Positions 26,719-38,050 of a stretch of DNA of 64,000 nucleotides are shown here, in pieces; the first letter of the stretch is position 1, and each line of letters opens with the position of its first letter. Made by a program: the position numbers and the translations under genes. A model generated the notes under the pieces. That model was not told where the DNA came from and ran no database searches. It saw nothing but the letters and a program-made list of their open reading frames with translations. This stretch comes from Epiperipatus broadwayi. Lineage: Eukaryota; Animalia; Onychophora. The stretch is from the NCBI GenBank assembly GCA_028023455.1, contig JAQFVV010000003.1, positions 28,582,001 through 28,646,000 of the forward strand, read 5' to 3'.

Positions 26719-27377
26719 ACATTAAAGATCAGCCTTCTCAAGCTATTGTGGATGCGCTTTTTACAAGTGTTAATAATAAATGAATACTTTCATTCCCAAC
26801 ACGATATAGTATTTAAGAAAGAATAAAATGAATCCACTTATTCTTTCCAACCTAAATGCTTATATATGGGCAAGTCTTAAGTACTGGAAATGAAAGTGTG
26901 AGGATAGACCACTCACTTTAAATTACTGTTTACGACGTCTGAATGAATTAACACTCGTAAAAAGCTTATGCACAATAGCTTGAGAAGGCTGATCTTTAAT
27001 GTATTACAATTTAAAACAGCACTATAAAAATAAATGCTTGTTTACATATGTTTAAGTTTCATTTGAGAGTGACATTTAGTAAATTCTAGATAATGTCGCC
27101 GACTTCATTCATTTAGACATCGTAAACAGTAATTTAAAGTGAGTGGTCTATCCTCATGCTTTCATTTCCAGTACTTAAGATTTTCCCATATATAAGCATT
27201 TGGGTTGGAAAGAATAAGTGGATTCATTTTATTCTTTCTTAAATACTATATCTTGTGTTGGGAATGAAAGTATTCATTTATTATTAACACTCATAAAAAG
27301 CACATGCACAATAGCTTGAGAAGGCTGATCTTTAATGTATTACAATTTAAAACATAGCACTATAAAAATAAATGCTT
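26719..27377. mobile_element. 659-bp insertion with an inverted plus tandem internal structure and a 15-bp TSD
   Basis: TSD ATATACTCCTTTAAT at 26704-26718 and 27378-27392; the empty site is visible in the opposite arm near 28005-28025. Inverted repeat 26719-26947 vs 27108-27338; direct repeat 26948-27039 vs 27284-27377. Confidence 0.8.
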
Positions 27378-27679
27378 ATATACTCCTTTAATGTAATTCC
27401 CTCTATTATCAATTTCTTTAACTTTTTATCCTATTCTTTAAACTTTTTATTTCTAAAAATTTTATATACAGTATATGTATTTATTTTTCTGTTATTACTA
27501 ATAAATATTTCTACAAAAATAATGTATTTACCTCCCCCTCCCATCTCTATTTAGATTTGGTTTTATCTTCTTAATTAGTATAGCTTCTTTATTTTTCTAT
27601 CTCTTCTTTTATAGTAAATTAAAAAAAAGAAGAAATATAATGAATATATTAGATTAAAAATATATTAAAGGAATAGAAA

Positions 27680-27890
27680 AACATAAATGGAGTGCATGAG
27701 ATAGAATGTAGATCATATAAGAATAATAGGATAACTAACTATGTAGAAGAAACAAAAAATTCAATGTATACAAGATTGATTCAACATAGGTACAATAAAA
27801 AAAAACAATTTATATGCATTCTATAGAAACAGGACATATTCTATATTAATTAAGAAAATAAAACAAAATCTAAATAGAGATGGGGGGGGG
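27680..27890 (+). pseudogene. GIY-YIG endonuclease remnant of a Penelope-like element
   Basis: NINGVHEIECRSYKNNRITNYVEETKNSMYTRLIQHRY, then after frameshifts IETGH and IKQNLNRDGG, matching the PLE pattern G.Y.I.C...Y.GET.R.L..RL..H...GH...LNRD.G. Confidence 0.7.
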
Positions 27891-30135
27891 ATAAAGACAT
27901 TTTTTAAAAAATTATTAGTAATAATAGAAAAATTAATATAAATTTTTTGTAGAAATAAAAAGTTTAAAGAATAGAGTAAAAAGTTAAAGAAATTGATAAT
28001 AGAATTACATTAAAGGAGTATATGAAAAAGAGGCTAAAGAATCAGTTATAAATGTAAAAAAGAAGGTTATACAAAGATGAGTAAAATGAATAAGTAAATT
28101 AAAAATAATGAATAAAGATAGGAATAAATAAAAATTATTAATAAAAGAATAAGTATAGATAAATAATAGAAAGAAATTAGATTAATAGGTATTAAAATAA
28201 AATAGAAAAGTGATAGAGATGTATTAAAGAATAATGTAGAATGATAGAAGAAATAAAAAATAAGTAGAAATAATAAAATAATAATTAGGAAAAAAGAGAA
28301 GTAAAGATATAGTTAAAAATAAAATATGATTACGAATAATGTCAAATATGTATTTTTATATTGTACCGCTATTTAAGTGTTACAAATTTCATAATAAAAG
28401 TTTTAAGAGGGAAAAATAATTAGTGCTAGAAGTCCGATGTCAATAGTAAAGGTTTAAAAAGTTTTGTTTAATTTTGTTGAAAAGACGTACCGCAAATTAT
28501 TAGTATAAGTTTTACTAGTTTAAAAAATAATAAAAAAATGTGAGGGGGGAGAAATTTAACTAAATAAAAATTATATTTCTCTCTTTTCATTTATTTAAAA
28601 GAAAATGCATATGCTGATTTTAAAAAATACATTAAAATGTGTATATATGTGTGCATATAAAAAAGAAAGTTGAGTTTAACAAAAAACAGAAAAATAAACT
28701 TTGTAGTACAAAAAATTATGTCAAACTTAAAAATTGTTCGACTAATAAACCAAAATGGAATGGGAATAATTAAGTAGCAATTACAATGGGAATAATTAAA
28801 AAAGTTATATCTTATCCTAAATAGATTAATCTGGAAGGAATGTGAACAAATAAATAATGGGAATTTAATTAATAATTTTAATTAATTTAAATGTTAATCA
28901 AATTCAGTAGGAGAGCCACATATAAATAGGCCTTCAAAAAAATTTGTCATCATCAGATCTTTTAGCAGTGTTATTCGAGTTTGTGTGAATAAAAACATTT
29001 TTATGAGTGCCAAGAAAACCATGTGTTGCTAATCAGAAGTCAAGGTATGCTGCTGTACTCCAATCTCTGACCGGCCTAGAATATCTGATCTCTAATTAGC
29101 TGCAATGAATATCTAACAACCTGAGCCATTCGAACATTTGTCTGCCAGACTAAAATGCAGCAAGGAACCATATTTGTCAACAATCCATATTCCAAACAGT
29201 TGGTACAACATGCATCACAAGGAGAAAGAAGCAGCCATCTATCTAGAGTAATGCATATCTAAAAACCTATAGGTAATATTAATTATTCCCATTCCTATTA
29301 TGTCAGTAATTTACTATTGTAGCCATTGCAATCTTTGAGATATCCAGAGTCAAAGAAATGAACTCTATAACCAGCATAAAATGAACTAGTTATGTGCAGG
29401 TTAATATAATAAACCGATAGTCCTAGAACTTGTTGAATCATACAAACCAACAGCTTATATGACAGAATGTATATGTGGTATGTTTTAATGCTTGTTTATT
29501 TAATGTTTAAAACAATGTGCGTGCCTGGAACATTACATAATTATTATTTTATTCAAGAAAGGGCTTAGTTCTCTAATTAATTTTAAAAGTATTTAAATTA
29601 TTTTTGGAAATAAGTATTTGTTGGTCAATTCTTTTGTGAATACCACTAATTAAAGCAGTTTATATTTTTTTGATTGAGCTAGTTGGGATATTCAGGCGCT
29701 GAACTAGTGGCTGTCATCCAGAGTATGTTAGTTACTTCTCGTAATTAACTCGCACCTTAAGTTTACTTCAAAACAAATAGTGCTTTGAATGACAGGGTTT
29801 GAATTCAGCAGTGGGAGTTCTGTAGCTTGGAAATGTGGCTGTAGATTATATCTTGTATAATCTCAGTCTAACTATAGGTACCCTCTGGGTATTATGCTTC
29901 TCTACCTGCCGGTGTGATGCAAATACTAAATTGCAGAAGTAGATTGAATTTATAATAAATAATTTTGTTATATTTGTATATATAAAAAGAAGTCAACAAC
30001 GTTTTTCACAATTCTATTTTATTAAAGAGTAAAAAAAATTTATTCTATTTTTTTTTTTTAAATTTCGATCATAATTCCCATCCGGTTCAATATGTATAAA
30101 ATAATGGTTATATGATTTTATGTTTAAATGTTGTA

Positions 30136-30178
30136 GCTCTGATGAAGACTGCAAGACAAGACAGTCGAAACTGTTAGA
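30136..30178 (+). ncRNA. Hammerhead-like motif (right arm)
   Basis: GCT CTGATGA A GACTG-CAAGACAAGA-CAGTC GAAA CTGTT AG: intact core and a perfect 5-bp stem II, but stems I and III are abnormally short. Confidence 0.55.
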
Positions 30179-30439
30179 AAAATAAAGGAAAGAATTATAT
30201 AAAAATTTGCATTAGTGTATATAAGATTTATAAAAAAGTAATATATATTTTAAAGAATACTGTATGTATATTCTATGCAGCATCAGAGTATTATTTCTGA
30301 ATTATTATTATAGCATCAATCGAATGAAGTTCCTTTGGTTTTAACTTCTTATTGAAAAAAATAATATTGGTGCATGATATTTTATAAGTAAGTTTATGTC
30401 TTTTCTAATTATTACAATTTTTAATTTAAAGCCTATAAA

Positions 30440-32479
30440 ATGAGCCAATTAAAAAAAAAACTGATGCAGAATGCCACATTTTCAATGATAATTGGACATT
30501 CAGATACTGTATTTATTTGCAAATATAGACGATAAAGCTATTTGTTTGGTTTGTAATGAAACTATTTCTGTTTTTAAAGAATATAATCTAAAAAGGCATT
30601 TTCAACAAAACATTGCTTAAAATATAAACTATTTTAACTAAAAGGAAAATTGAAGCAGAAAAATTAAAATGTGGTTTGCATAAGAAACAAAATATTCTGA
30701 AAATTTGGTCATATACAGATAGAGCAGTGACAAAATCTAATTCCATTGTTGCACATAAGGTTGCAAAACAATGTAAATCATTTTCTGATGGGGAATTTAT
30801 TAAAAAATGTTTGATAGATTTTGCTGAATTATTATGTCCTGATAAAAAAACTGATGTTTGAAAAAATTTCTCTATCATGAACTCTTGTGAGACAAATTGA
30901 TAATATTTCAAGTAATTTATGTGATCAATTAAAATTGTACTTACCGTGCACTGGCTTTAAATGAGTCATGTGACATTACTGATACAAGCCAACTTTTAAT
31001 TTTTATTTGAGGTATAAATCATAGATTTGAAATTATGGAATTATTTTCTGCATATCCAATGAAAGACACAACAACTGGTGAAGATTTTTTTTTATAGATT
31101 TTCAAGAAACTTTACAAAAACATAATATAAAGTGAGACAAAATTATCAATTTCACAACTGATGGGTAAGTTTAACAGGAAAAAACATTGAATTATTAAAA
31201 AGAATAAGCAACGAAATAAAGCGTATTCTAGGAAAATAAATAATTTTCTTACATTGTATAATTCATCATGAAACCCTTTGCAAAAGTTCTAAAACTAAAA
31301 CATGTTATATCGGTTGTAAGAAAGTAGTCACTTTTATCTATGGAAGAGCGTTAAAACACTGGCAATTCCTAACATTTTTTAAAGAAATTGAATGTGATTT
31401 TACTAATATCTCTTACCATATGAACATAAGATGACTTAGTTTTGCAAAAGTGTTAAAACAATTTCATGATTTGTTAGATGAAATTGTTAGCTTCATAAAT
31501 GTTAAGGACAAATTAAAATGAATTTTGTGAATTAAAAGATGAACAATGGCTGAACGACTTCTCCTTTTTCGTTGATATGTTTTCACAGCAAAATGAATTA
31601 AATTTATTATTATAAGACAAATGACTATTTATTTTTGATATGTACACAAATGTCACATTATTTATGAGAAAACTCAAGTTATTTTCGTAACAATTCCAAA
31701 ATAAATGGTTAACTCACTTTCCAATCTTACAAAAAAGAGAAAAAACATTTCAATGTGCTGATTTTAAGTATGAGACTATAACAAATAACTTATTTAATGA
31801 ATTTACAAGAAGATTTGATGATTTTCAAAAAATTTCTAAAGATCTAACTTGAGTAAGCCTACCATTTAATTTTAATGTCAATGATACATCATCTTGTATC
31901 CAGTTGGAAGTGATAAATTTACAATCAAATTTAATATTATAGAATCAATTTGCTGGGGGGGGGGGGACTTTTATGCCTCATTAAATCCAGAAATGTTGAA
32001 TATTTTCGATAATGCACAGAAATATTTGACAGTCTTTGGATCGACATACCTATGCGAAACTACATTTGCTTTATTGAAAAATGCAAAGAGCAAAATTAGA
32101 TTACGAATAACAGATGAAAATTTAGCACTTCTACGAATAGCCACTAGTGAATTGAATCCCAATTTTGATGAAATCATAAATCAGGAACATTACAAATTTA
32201 ATCCCTCACATTAAAGTTTTTGTTTTCTACATTTACTTTATCATGACAATAAAAAGGTTTTAAATTGTAGTTTTTATCTGTACCTATCTGTAATCGATTT
32301 CCATTTAAATCCTTAAATATTGTATTTACTTTTTTAAAAAACACATTGATAATTTGGTAATTCATATAACACTTTTTAGGTTCTGATTTTTTTTGTTAAA
32401 TCATTCAATCTATTCCGGCCTGCGTTATGATACAAAAATTTTATTCAGCCCATTAATGAAAAAAAGTTGCCCATCCTTG
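30440..32479 (+). pseudogene. hAT transposase pseudogene (SPIN/GTF2IRD2-like) with right TIR
   Basis: Broken ORF 30440-32214: DKAICLVCNETISVFKEYNLKRHF (BED finger), KSFSDGEFIKKCL, SCDITDTSQLLIF, TTDG, HCIIHHETLC, WLNDFSFFVD, FGSTYLCETTFALLKNAKSKIRLRITDENL. Right end AAGTTGCCCATCCTTG at about 32464-32479. Many stops and frameshifts. Confidence 0.92.
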
Positions 32480-32846
32480 CTCTAAAATGTCTTTTAAGTT
32501 ATCTCTCTAAATGCCTTGAAAAGCTATCTTCTGGAGCTCAGATTCACAGTCAACTACTTTATCATCCAATTGATGGCAAAGGTTTAGAAATTTTGTGTTG
32601 AAATAAATGTTTAACAGTTTCAAATAGTAAAACTTGATGTTGCTAACTCATACACACTTAGCAGAATAGCTCATTCTGATCCAGGTTTTCTCTCTTATAG
32701 TCCATAATCTGTCTATTAAATGCTTGATCCAATGTTTCAATTGATACTATTCAAATTACTATTAGTCGCTTGGGAGTCCTAATTGACTTGAATTTCATAT
32801 ATGCTAGAGTATTCTCAAACTTTGTACTTTGGTTGATCCTCTAAAC

Positions 32847-32915
32847 CAGTGTTTCCCAATTTGTGTTCCGCGGAGCACTGGTGTCCTGCAATTCAAAAAT
32901 GTTCCACGATAAGGC
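32847..32915 (+). mobile_element. hAT Charlie/Buster-type left end
   Basis: CAGTGTTTCCCAATTTGTGTTCCGCGGAGCACTGGTGTCC preceded by the hAT-like target CTCTAAAC; right end not found. Confidence 0.55.
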
Positions 32916-34157
32916 CAGAATACTATTATATCAAACTATTTCATAATATTTAACTTTAAATCAATACAATTATGTTTATAGTTTAATACTTAAAATCTCA
33001 ATTTGATTAAATTACAGAATATTTTGATTATTTTATATATATATTAGCACTGGCAGCATGTTGAATGTAAGCATGACACCAATCTGGATGGCTCAGATCA
33101 GCATCACATCTGAAGAGAATTTGCGCATCACATAGGACAAGTGTGTTTCTGGCCTAATTGCTGCACTTTTACTCTAAATTCTACTGCTGTCTGCTACTCC
33201 TCACTACTAACAGAAAAACAAAGGTCATATATTTAGCTATCACTAGTTTGTTTTTGTCTGTTTTCAAACGAAAGTGATACTTGTGTAACAGTATGTACAA
33301 TAATCATCAACATTTGACAGTTGGTTAAATGAGAGATAATACATAGTAATATCTTTGTACAAATCCAGATTATATATTGTAGCAATTATTACCAAAAGCA
33401 TGTGGACTGACCATTGACTATTATAATTGGTAGTATATAACTGGGTGTTTATTTACTGAACAAATATATGGATATATCCTTAATCCAAAGATCTCAACAT
33501 AAGAAAACAAATTTATTTGGATAATTTGGGTGAGTTCACTTACCAACTAGATTAATAGGGTATTTTATTAGTTATATTTCCATTGGCATTGTTAATCTGA
33601 CCAAAGTACTTATAGCATGACTGCAATAAGGTTTTCATTGACTCTAGATATTCTCATTTCACTTCCCAAAAGGCATCATTTCAAAATTTTCTCTATGAAC
33701 TTCTGTAATATTTTTTACATACTTATTCTGAATGTCCATTGTCATATTACACACTTGTTTTGTAATTATTACAATTATTGTAGCTGGATAATTATCAAAA
33801 GTCAATCACATATAACAAGTGTGATTACTAAAAGATGTTTTCAAGAATTATTGCTTAAAAAAAATTCTATTTTCAAGTTTTTTATTTATAATTTTTTTTC
33901 TGAATGAAAATATAAAATAACTATTTTGCAATTCTGTTTTCATTCCCATTTCCTATAAAATTTCTTGTTTATCCTCTTTTACTAGATTATATCTAAATAT
34001 TTGGTAACTGGATTAGGTAGCCTCATTTCTTATTTGAAAAAAAATAGTTATAAGTAGTGAAAAGAGATCTGAAAAAGACTTTGAATATTTGAAACTCGGC
34101 TATTTTGAGAAATCTTGGATATCCAGTAGCAGTTGTCTCTATACAATTATGCCATTT

Positions 34158-34430
34158 AGTGCAAGTCACAGTAATCAATGAATGCTAGAAGGTTTGTGCA
34201 TCAAAATTCCTACCTAGTACCTACTCAACCAATATCCCCAGAACTAGTTTATGGCTTTTATCAGTGAGGAGCTAGAAAAAAATCTGGGATATTGGCTGAA
34301 CAAGCACTAGATAGGAATTTTGATGCACAAACCTTCTAGCATCCATTAATTACTATGACTTGCACTTAGGACAAATGTATGGAGTTATTACTGTTTTAAC
34401 AGGTAAATATGCAAAATGGAGATCATGTGA
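34158..34430 (-). mobile_element. Second, more degenerate copy of the hammerhead-in-hairpin element
   Basis: Arms 34158-34242 and 34283-34366 are homologous to 1142-1434. The loop on the minus strand reads CTCCTCA CTGATAA AAGCCA TAAA CTAGTT CTGGGG. It shares the downstream CTGTTTTAACA...TCATGTGA tail. Confidence 0.7.
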
Positions 34431-34683
34431 GTTTCGATATAATAAAATATTTACACTGTGTATAAAAGTGTATTAGTATAAACTTTTTATTGAAAGAAAT
34501 ATCAGAGTAAATCGTGTTGGTGATAATTAAAGTTCAAATTTTCAATAACTTATTTTAGAAAATAGGTCCCAACATTATATGCCATATTTTATTTGTTTAA
34601 ACTTTCATTTTTTTTAATTTATGTGCTACCATTAATTCAGAGAATAGAAAAATATATAGTTTCAAAGTTTTATTTTTTATTGG

Positions 34684-35842
34684 TTTTTTTTTTATATATC
34701 ATAGCATCGGCCGGAGGCGAACTCACAACCATCTGCAACCAACTACACCTAGGTCTCATTTTATGCGGTAGATAGGTTCCACAGAAAACCCGCATTAAAA
34801 AAAATCGCACAAAAATAGACTTAACTTACCTTAAAAAATGGGGGATAGTGTCTGTAATTTTCAGAATTCGCATAAAAGCAGAGCAACAATGAAAAATTAC
34901 TTTAAAATTCGCATTAAAAAAAATAAGGAAATAAAGTATGACTAATAAAAAATATCAAATATTTGAAAAAAATTAGTACAAGACAAACTTTTTTTTATTA
35001 ACTACAGTATTTAATTTGACATTTTTTCATACATATTTTAATCATTATCACTATTTTCGAATGTGTGGTTCGTTTGTAAACTGGTAAGAAATCAGATTCG
35101 TCGATGTGATTCTTCTTGAACAAAGTCAAGAATCTCTCAGCAATTATGCCCAGAGAAACTTATTAGCTACTTTATTTTCCATTCCCCACTCTAATTTTTA
35201 CTATATTCTGCTCCATCCCATTTACACAACTAGTGCCAATTTCAGTCTTGTGCTGTGTTAATGGTTTTCTGTTGACAACTGATTTTTACTACTGAAATAA
35301 ATTTTAAATGTTCACATTTTGTTTCTATATTAAAAAAATGAGGATCGCAATCAAAACAAAAAGATTATACATTATCATTAAAAATACTATTTTCAGTTTA
35401 TAAAATCAATAAAATCTTGGTTATTTATTTAAAAAATCTACATTATTTCTGTTATAAATAACAAAATACTTTTTAAAAGTTTAAAATTTTTGAATATTTA
35501 TTGCGATATTTTTACATGTTAAGTATAAATCTATTATTATTATTTACTCATTAGTATAAATAGGTTATTTACATAGAAGCTAAAATTCTAAATACAGCTT
35601 CAGGCCATATTCACATTAGCTGCTAATATAACATTTTTGAAAGAAAAAAAAGTATTTCAAGTCAAAATGTTATTAATAATTTAAATTTCTTGATATCTAA
35701 TAAATATAGTGAAATATGAAAGATATTAAGAAGAAACATGAATCGCATAACTTCAAAATCGCATTAAAATAATTCGCATAAAACGAGACCCAGGTGTACT
35801 TGCTTGCAGGGCGGCTGCTATGACCTCTCAGCTAACAACGCC
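34684..35842 (-). mobile_element. Short tRNA-derived SINE (about 105 bp) split by a Tigger MITE
   Basis: The reconstituted minus strand reads GGCGTTGTTAGCTGAGAGGTCATAGCAGCCGCCCTGCAAGCAAGTAGTTGGTTGCAGATGGTTGTGAGTTCGCCTCCGGCCGATGCTATGATATATA(n), with A-box, B-box and poly(A). A second copy lies at 36480. Confidence 0.6.
34746..35796 (-). mobile_element. Tigger/pogo-like MITE, copy 2
   Basis: Same TIRs with TA on both sides; inserted into the SINE at CAAC-TA-CTTG. Confidence 0.85.
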
Positions 35843-36479
35843 TATTTTTTACTATTGTTTCTTAATTTTTAATATTATTGTCCATCTATCTGAGTGAAAG
35901 ATTCATCTTAAGTTTGATTATTCTTATTCTGGAAAAATGGTGTAGATTGCTTTTCCATCAATATAATGCTTTAACCCAGCTGTATGTGTACTACCATGAT
36001 TTAAATAAGTTATATATATATTGAAGCAGTCGATGTCTAATCATCGAGCTTCATGCTTCACCATCTACACTAACCTCCTGCAGAGCCTGCAATTCAGACC
36101 TCGCCGTATATATATGTGCCATTCACCCCCACACACGGCATAATTATCCAAGGAGTAAATAAAATTAAAAATATTTAATAAAGTAAAACAGTAGTGTACG
36201 TGATGCATATATATATATATGAACAAAGCAATAATTCTATTACTATTTATTGCTGAAAATTAGATGTTTTTGTTATATAAATCTTTTTATATATGTGTAT
36301 TTAATTAAAGTATTGGAATGTAAAAACAAAGAAAAATGGGGAGAGCTCGAAATACTGAAATAATCTTTATCTAGATTCAGCTAGTTTTCATTAATTAAAA
36401 TTATAAATCTTAATTAAAATCATAAGCAATTCTTTTGTTAGTTGTTTTCAAATCTTTAAAATATATCAAATGGTATTTC

Positions 36480-36569
36480 GAGCCATCGCAGCTGCCTTGC
36501 AAGCAAGTAGTTGGTTGCAGACGGTTGTGCGTTCGCGTCCCGGCTGATTCTATGACATATAAAAAAAAA
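36480..36569 (+). mobile_element. Second copy of the short SINE (5'-eroded)
   Basis: GCAGCTGCCTTGCAAGCAAGTAGTTGGTTGCAGACGGTTGTGCGTTCGCGTCCCGGCTGATTCTATGACATATA(n). Confidence 0.6.
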
Positions 36570-36589
36570 TTTTGCTAATTAAATGTTTT

Positions 36590-37250
36590 TTATTTAATCA
36601 AGAGATTACAGAGATAGCTGTGGTCACCTGAAATTGCATTCTTGGGGGGATTAAAGGGTGTATAAAAAGGGCCCATAGAACAAAAGAAGTCAGTTTAGTT
36701 TAGTTACTTTTTCAGTTAGTTACTCTCAGTTACTTACGTTCAGTTTACTTTGAGTTACTAATTAAACTTTGAATTAGTTAGTAATTTATTTCAGAACATT
36801 TGAGTTAGTAATTTTCCAGAAAAATTGATTCATCATTCCACTTTAAGTCAGGAAAAGTCAAGCGCTATGAAGTTTGAGTAGAGGAATCATTCAACTTTCT
36901 CTTCTCTCAGCCATGTCCCATCCGACCGGCTGTACAAGATGACCGCTGTTCCAACTTTTGACTTCTTATTCTACATCTACTTGCTATGCGGAGGTAACCT
37001 CACTTAATGTAGAACTGCCTTAATAAGTAAACCATTTTGTAATGTGTAGTTCAACCTTTGTATTTTAATTCATATATTAATTTATAAGTTTCTATTAATT
37101 ATTCTCTTGGACTCTCTCTGTAATCCCTTGCTAATATAATGTATTTTTAACTTACCTTTCACGCTTGAACTCATATATATATATATATATAACTTTGTGC
37201 GGCTCCATTAGATATTTCTAACTTATTCATGTCATATATGTAAACAATTT
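36590..37250 (+). mobile_element. Possible solo LTR
   Basis: TATAAAAAGGGCC followed by reiterated CAGTT/AGTTAC initiator-like motifs, as seen in insect LTRs. Termini and TSD not established. Confidence 0.35.
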
Positions 37251-37649
37251 ACGCTCTTGAATTAATGTGCCAATATCCAACCTCACGAGTCTAATAAGGA
37301 TTTATTTTCTTTGTTTAATGGGGAAAGAAGCAGGAACTTCATTTAAATTTATTAGTAAAGTTTTATCCATTTTTAATAGAAATCGCTTGCTAGGGTGATT
37401 TTATAGTTAAATCTGTTATTCACGTTTTTTTAATCTAAAATATTTTATTGTGGATGCATATTTCACTTTATTATTTAAATTTGTCTTTAAATTTTCATTT
37501 TAAAAGATTGTGAACCTTAATATTAGTCCATCCTTTCTTGCTGTTGCCTGGAGGGCTAATTTTATCAGTAATACGTATATGGGAATCTAAGTTAAATATA
37601 AATTTTATTTTAATGTTATAGTTAAAAGAGTTATTCACCGTTATAATTT

Positions 37650-38050
37650 GCTGAATGATTTATTTAAATATATCATTGTGCAGGAGCCAAACCATTTACA
37701 GGCTTCAGAATATAATATATTAAGTTTATCGTACAGGTATAATGCTGCGGACCTACCTTTCCTTTCTCTTATGGTACTTCCACATACATTTTCTTTATTG
37801 CTTTGTCATTGGGGCTTTGGAAATCCGAATCTCCCATTCTACTTTCTCAAAACCATTCGTAATCAAGGTTATACGCTACTCCCTGTGGAACGTGAGGTTT
37901 ATAGGGTTTTGATTGTGCTGCCGAAGTTCCATACAACTGGCTCTGGGCATTCAAACCAAACTTCTCCATTCGATACCGTATCGTCAAAATGGCAGACGTA
38001 TCACCCCTCATTCATTATCAAATGTCTTAAAATGATGAAGCATTCCAACT
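37650..38050 (-). mobile_element. Decayed LINE ORF2 C-terminal region
   Basis: Minus-strand pieces VIR..ILTYGIEW (via frameshift) and IRERKGRSAALYLYDKLNILYSEACKWFG resemble RTE-like ILTYG.E.W...LKWFGH. The listed + strand ORF is antisense to this. Confidence 0.35.

Larger units (their letters stand above)
26213..30249. mobile_element. Penelope-like element with an inverted pseudo-LTR, interrupted by two later insertions
   Basis: The left arm (26213-26718 plus 27393-27583) is the reverse complement of the right arm (27841-28353 plus 30090-30249). The spacer encodes a GIY-YIG remnant and both arms carry a hammerhead-like motif. Confidence 0.75.

Noticed and set aside
30588-32177. Minus-strand ORFs 30588-30911 and 31971-32177
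   Set aside because: Antisense shadows of the hAT transposase pseudogene.
22369-32479. Pairing the hAT left end at 22369 with the right end at 32479
   Set aside because: The 8-bp flanks differ (CTAAGCCA vs CTCTAAAA), so there is no TSD.
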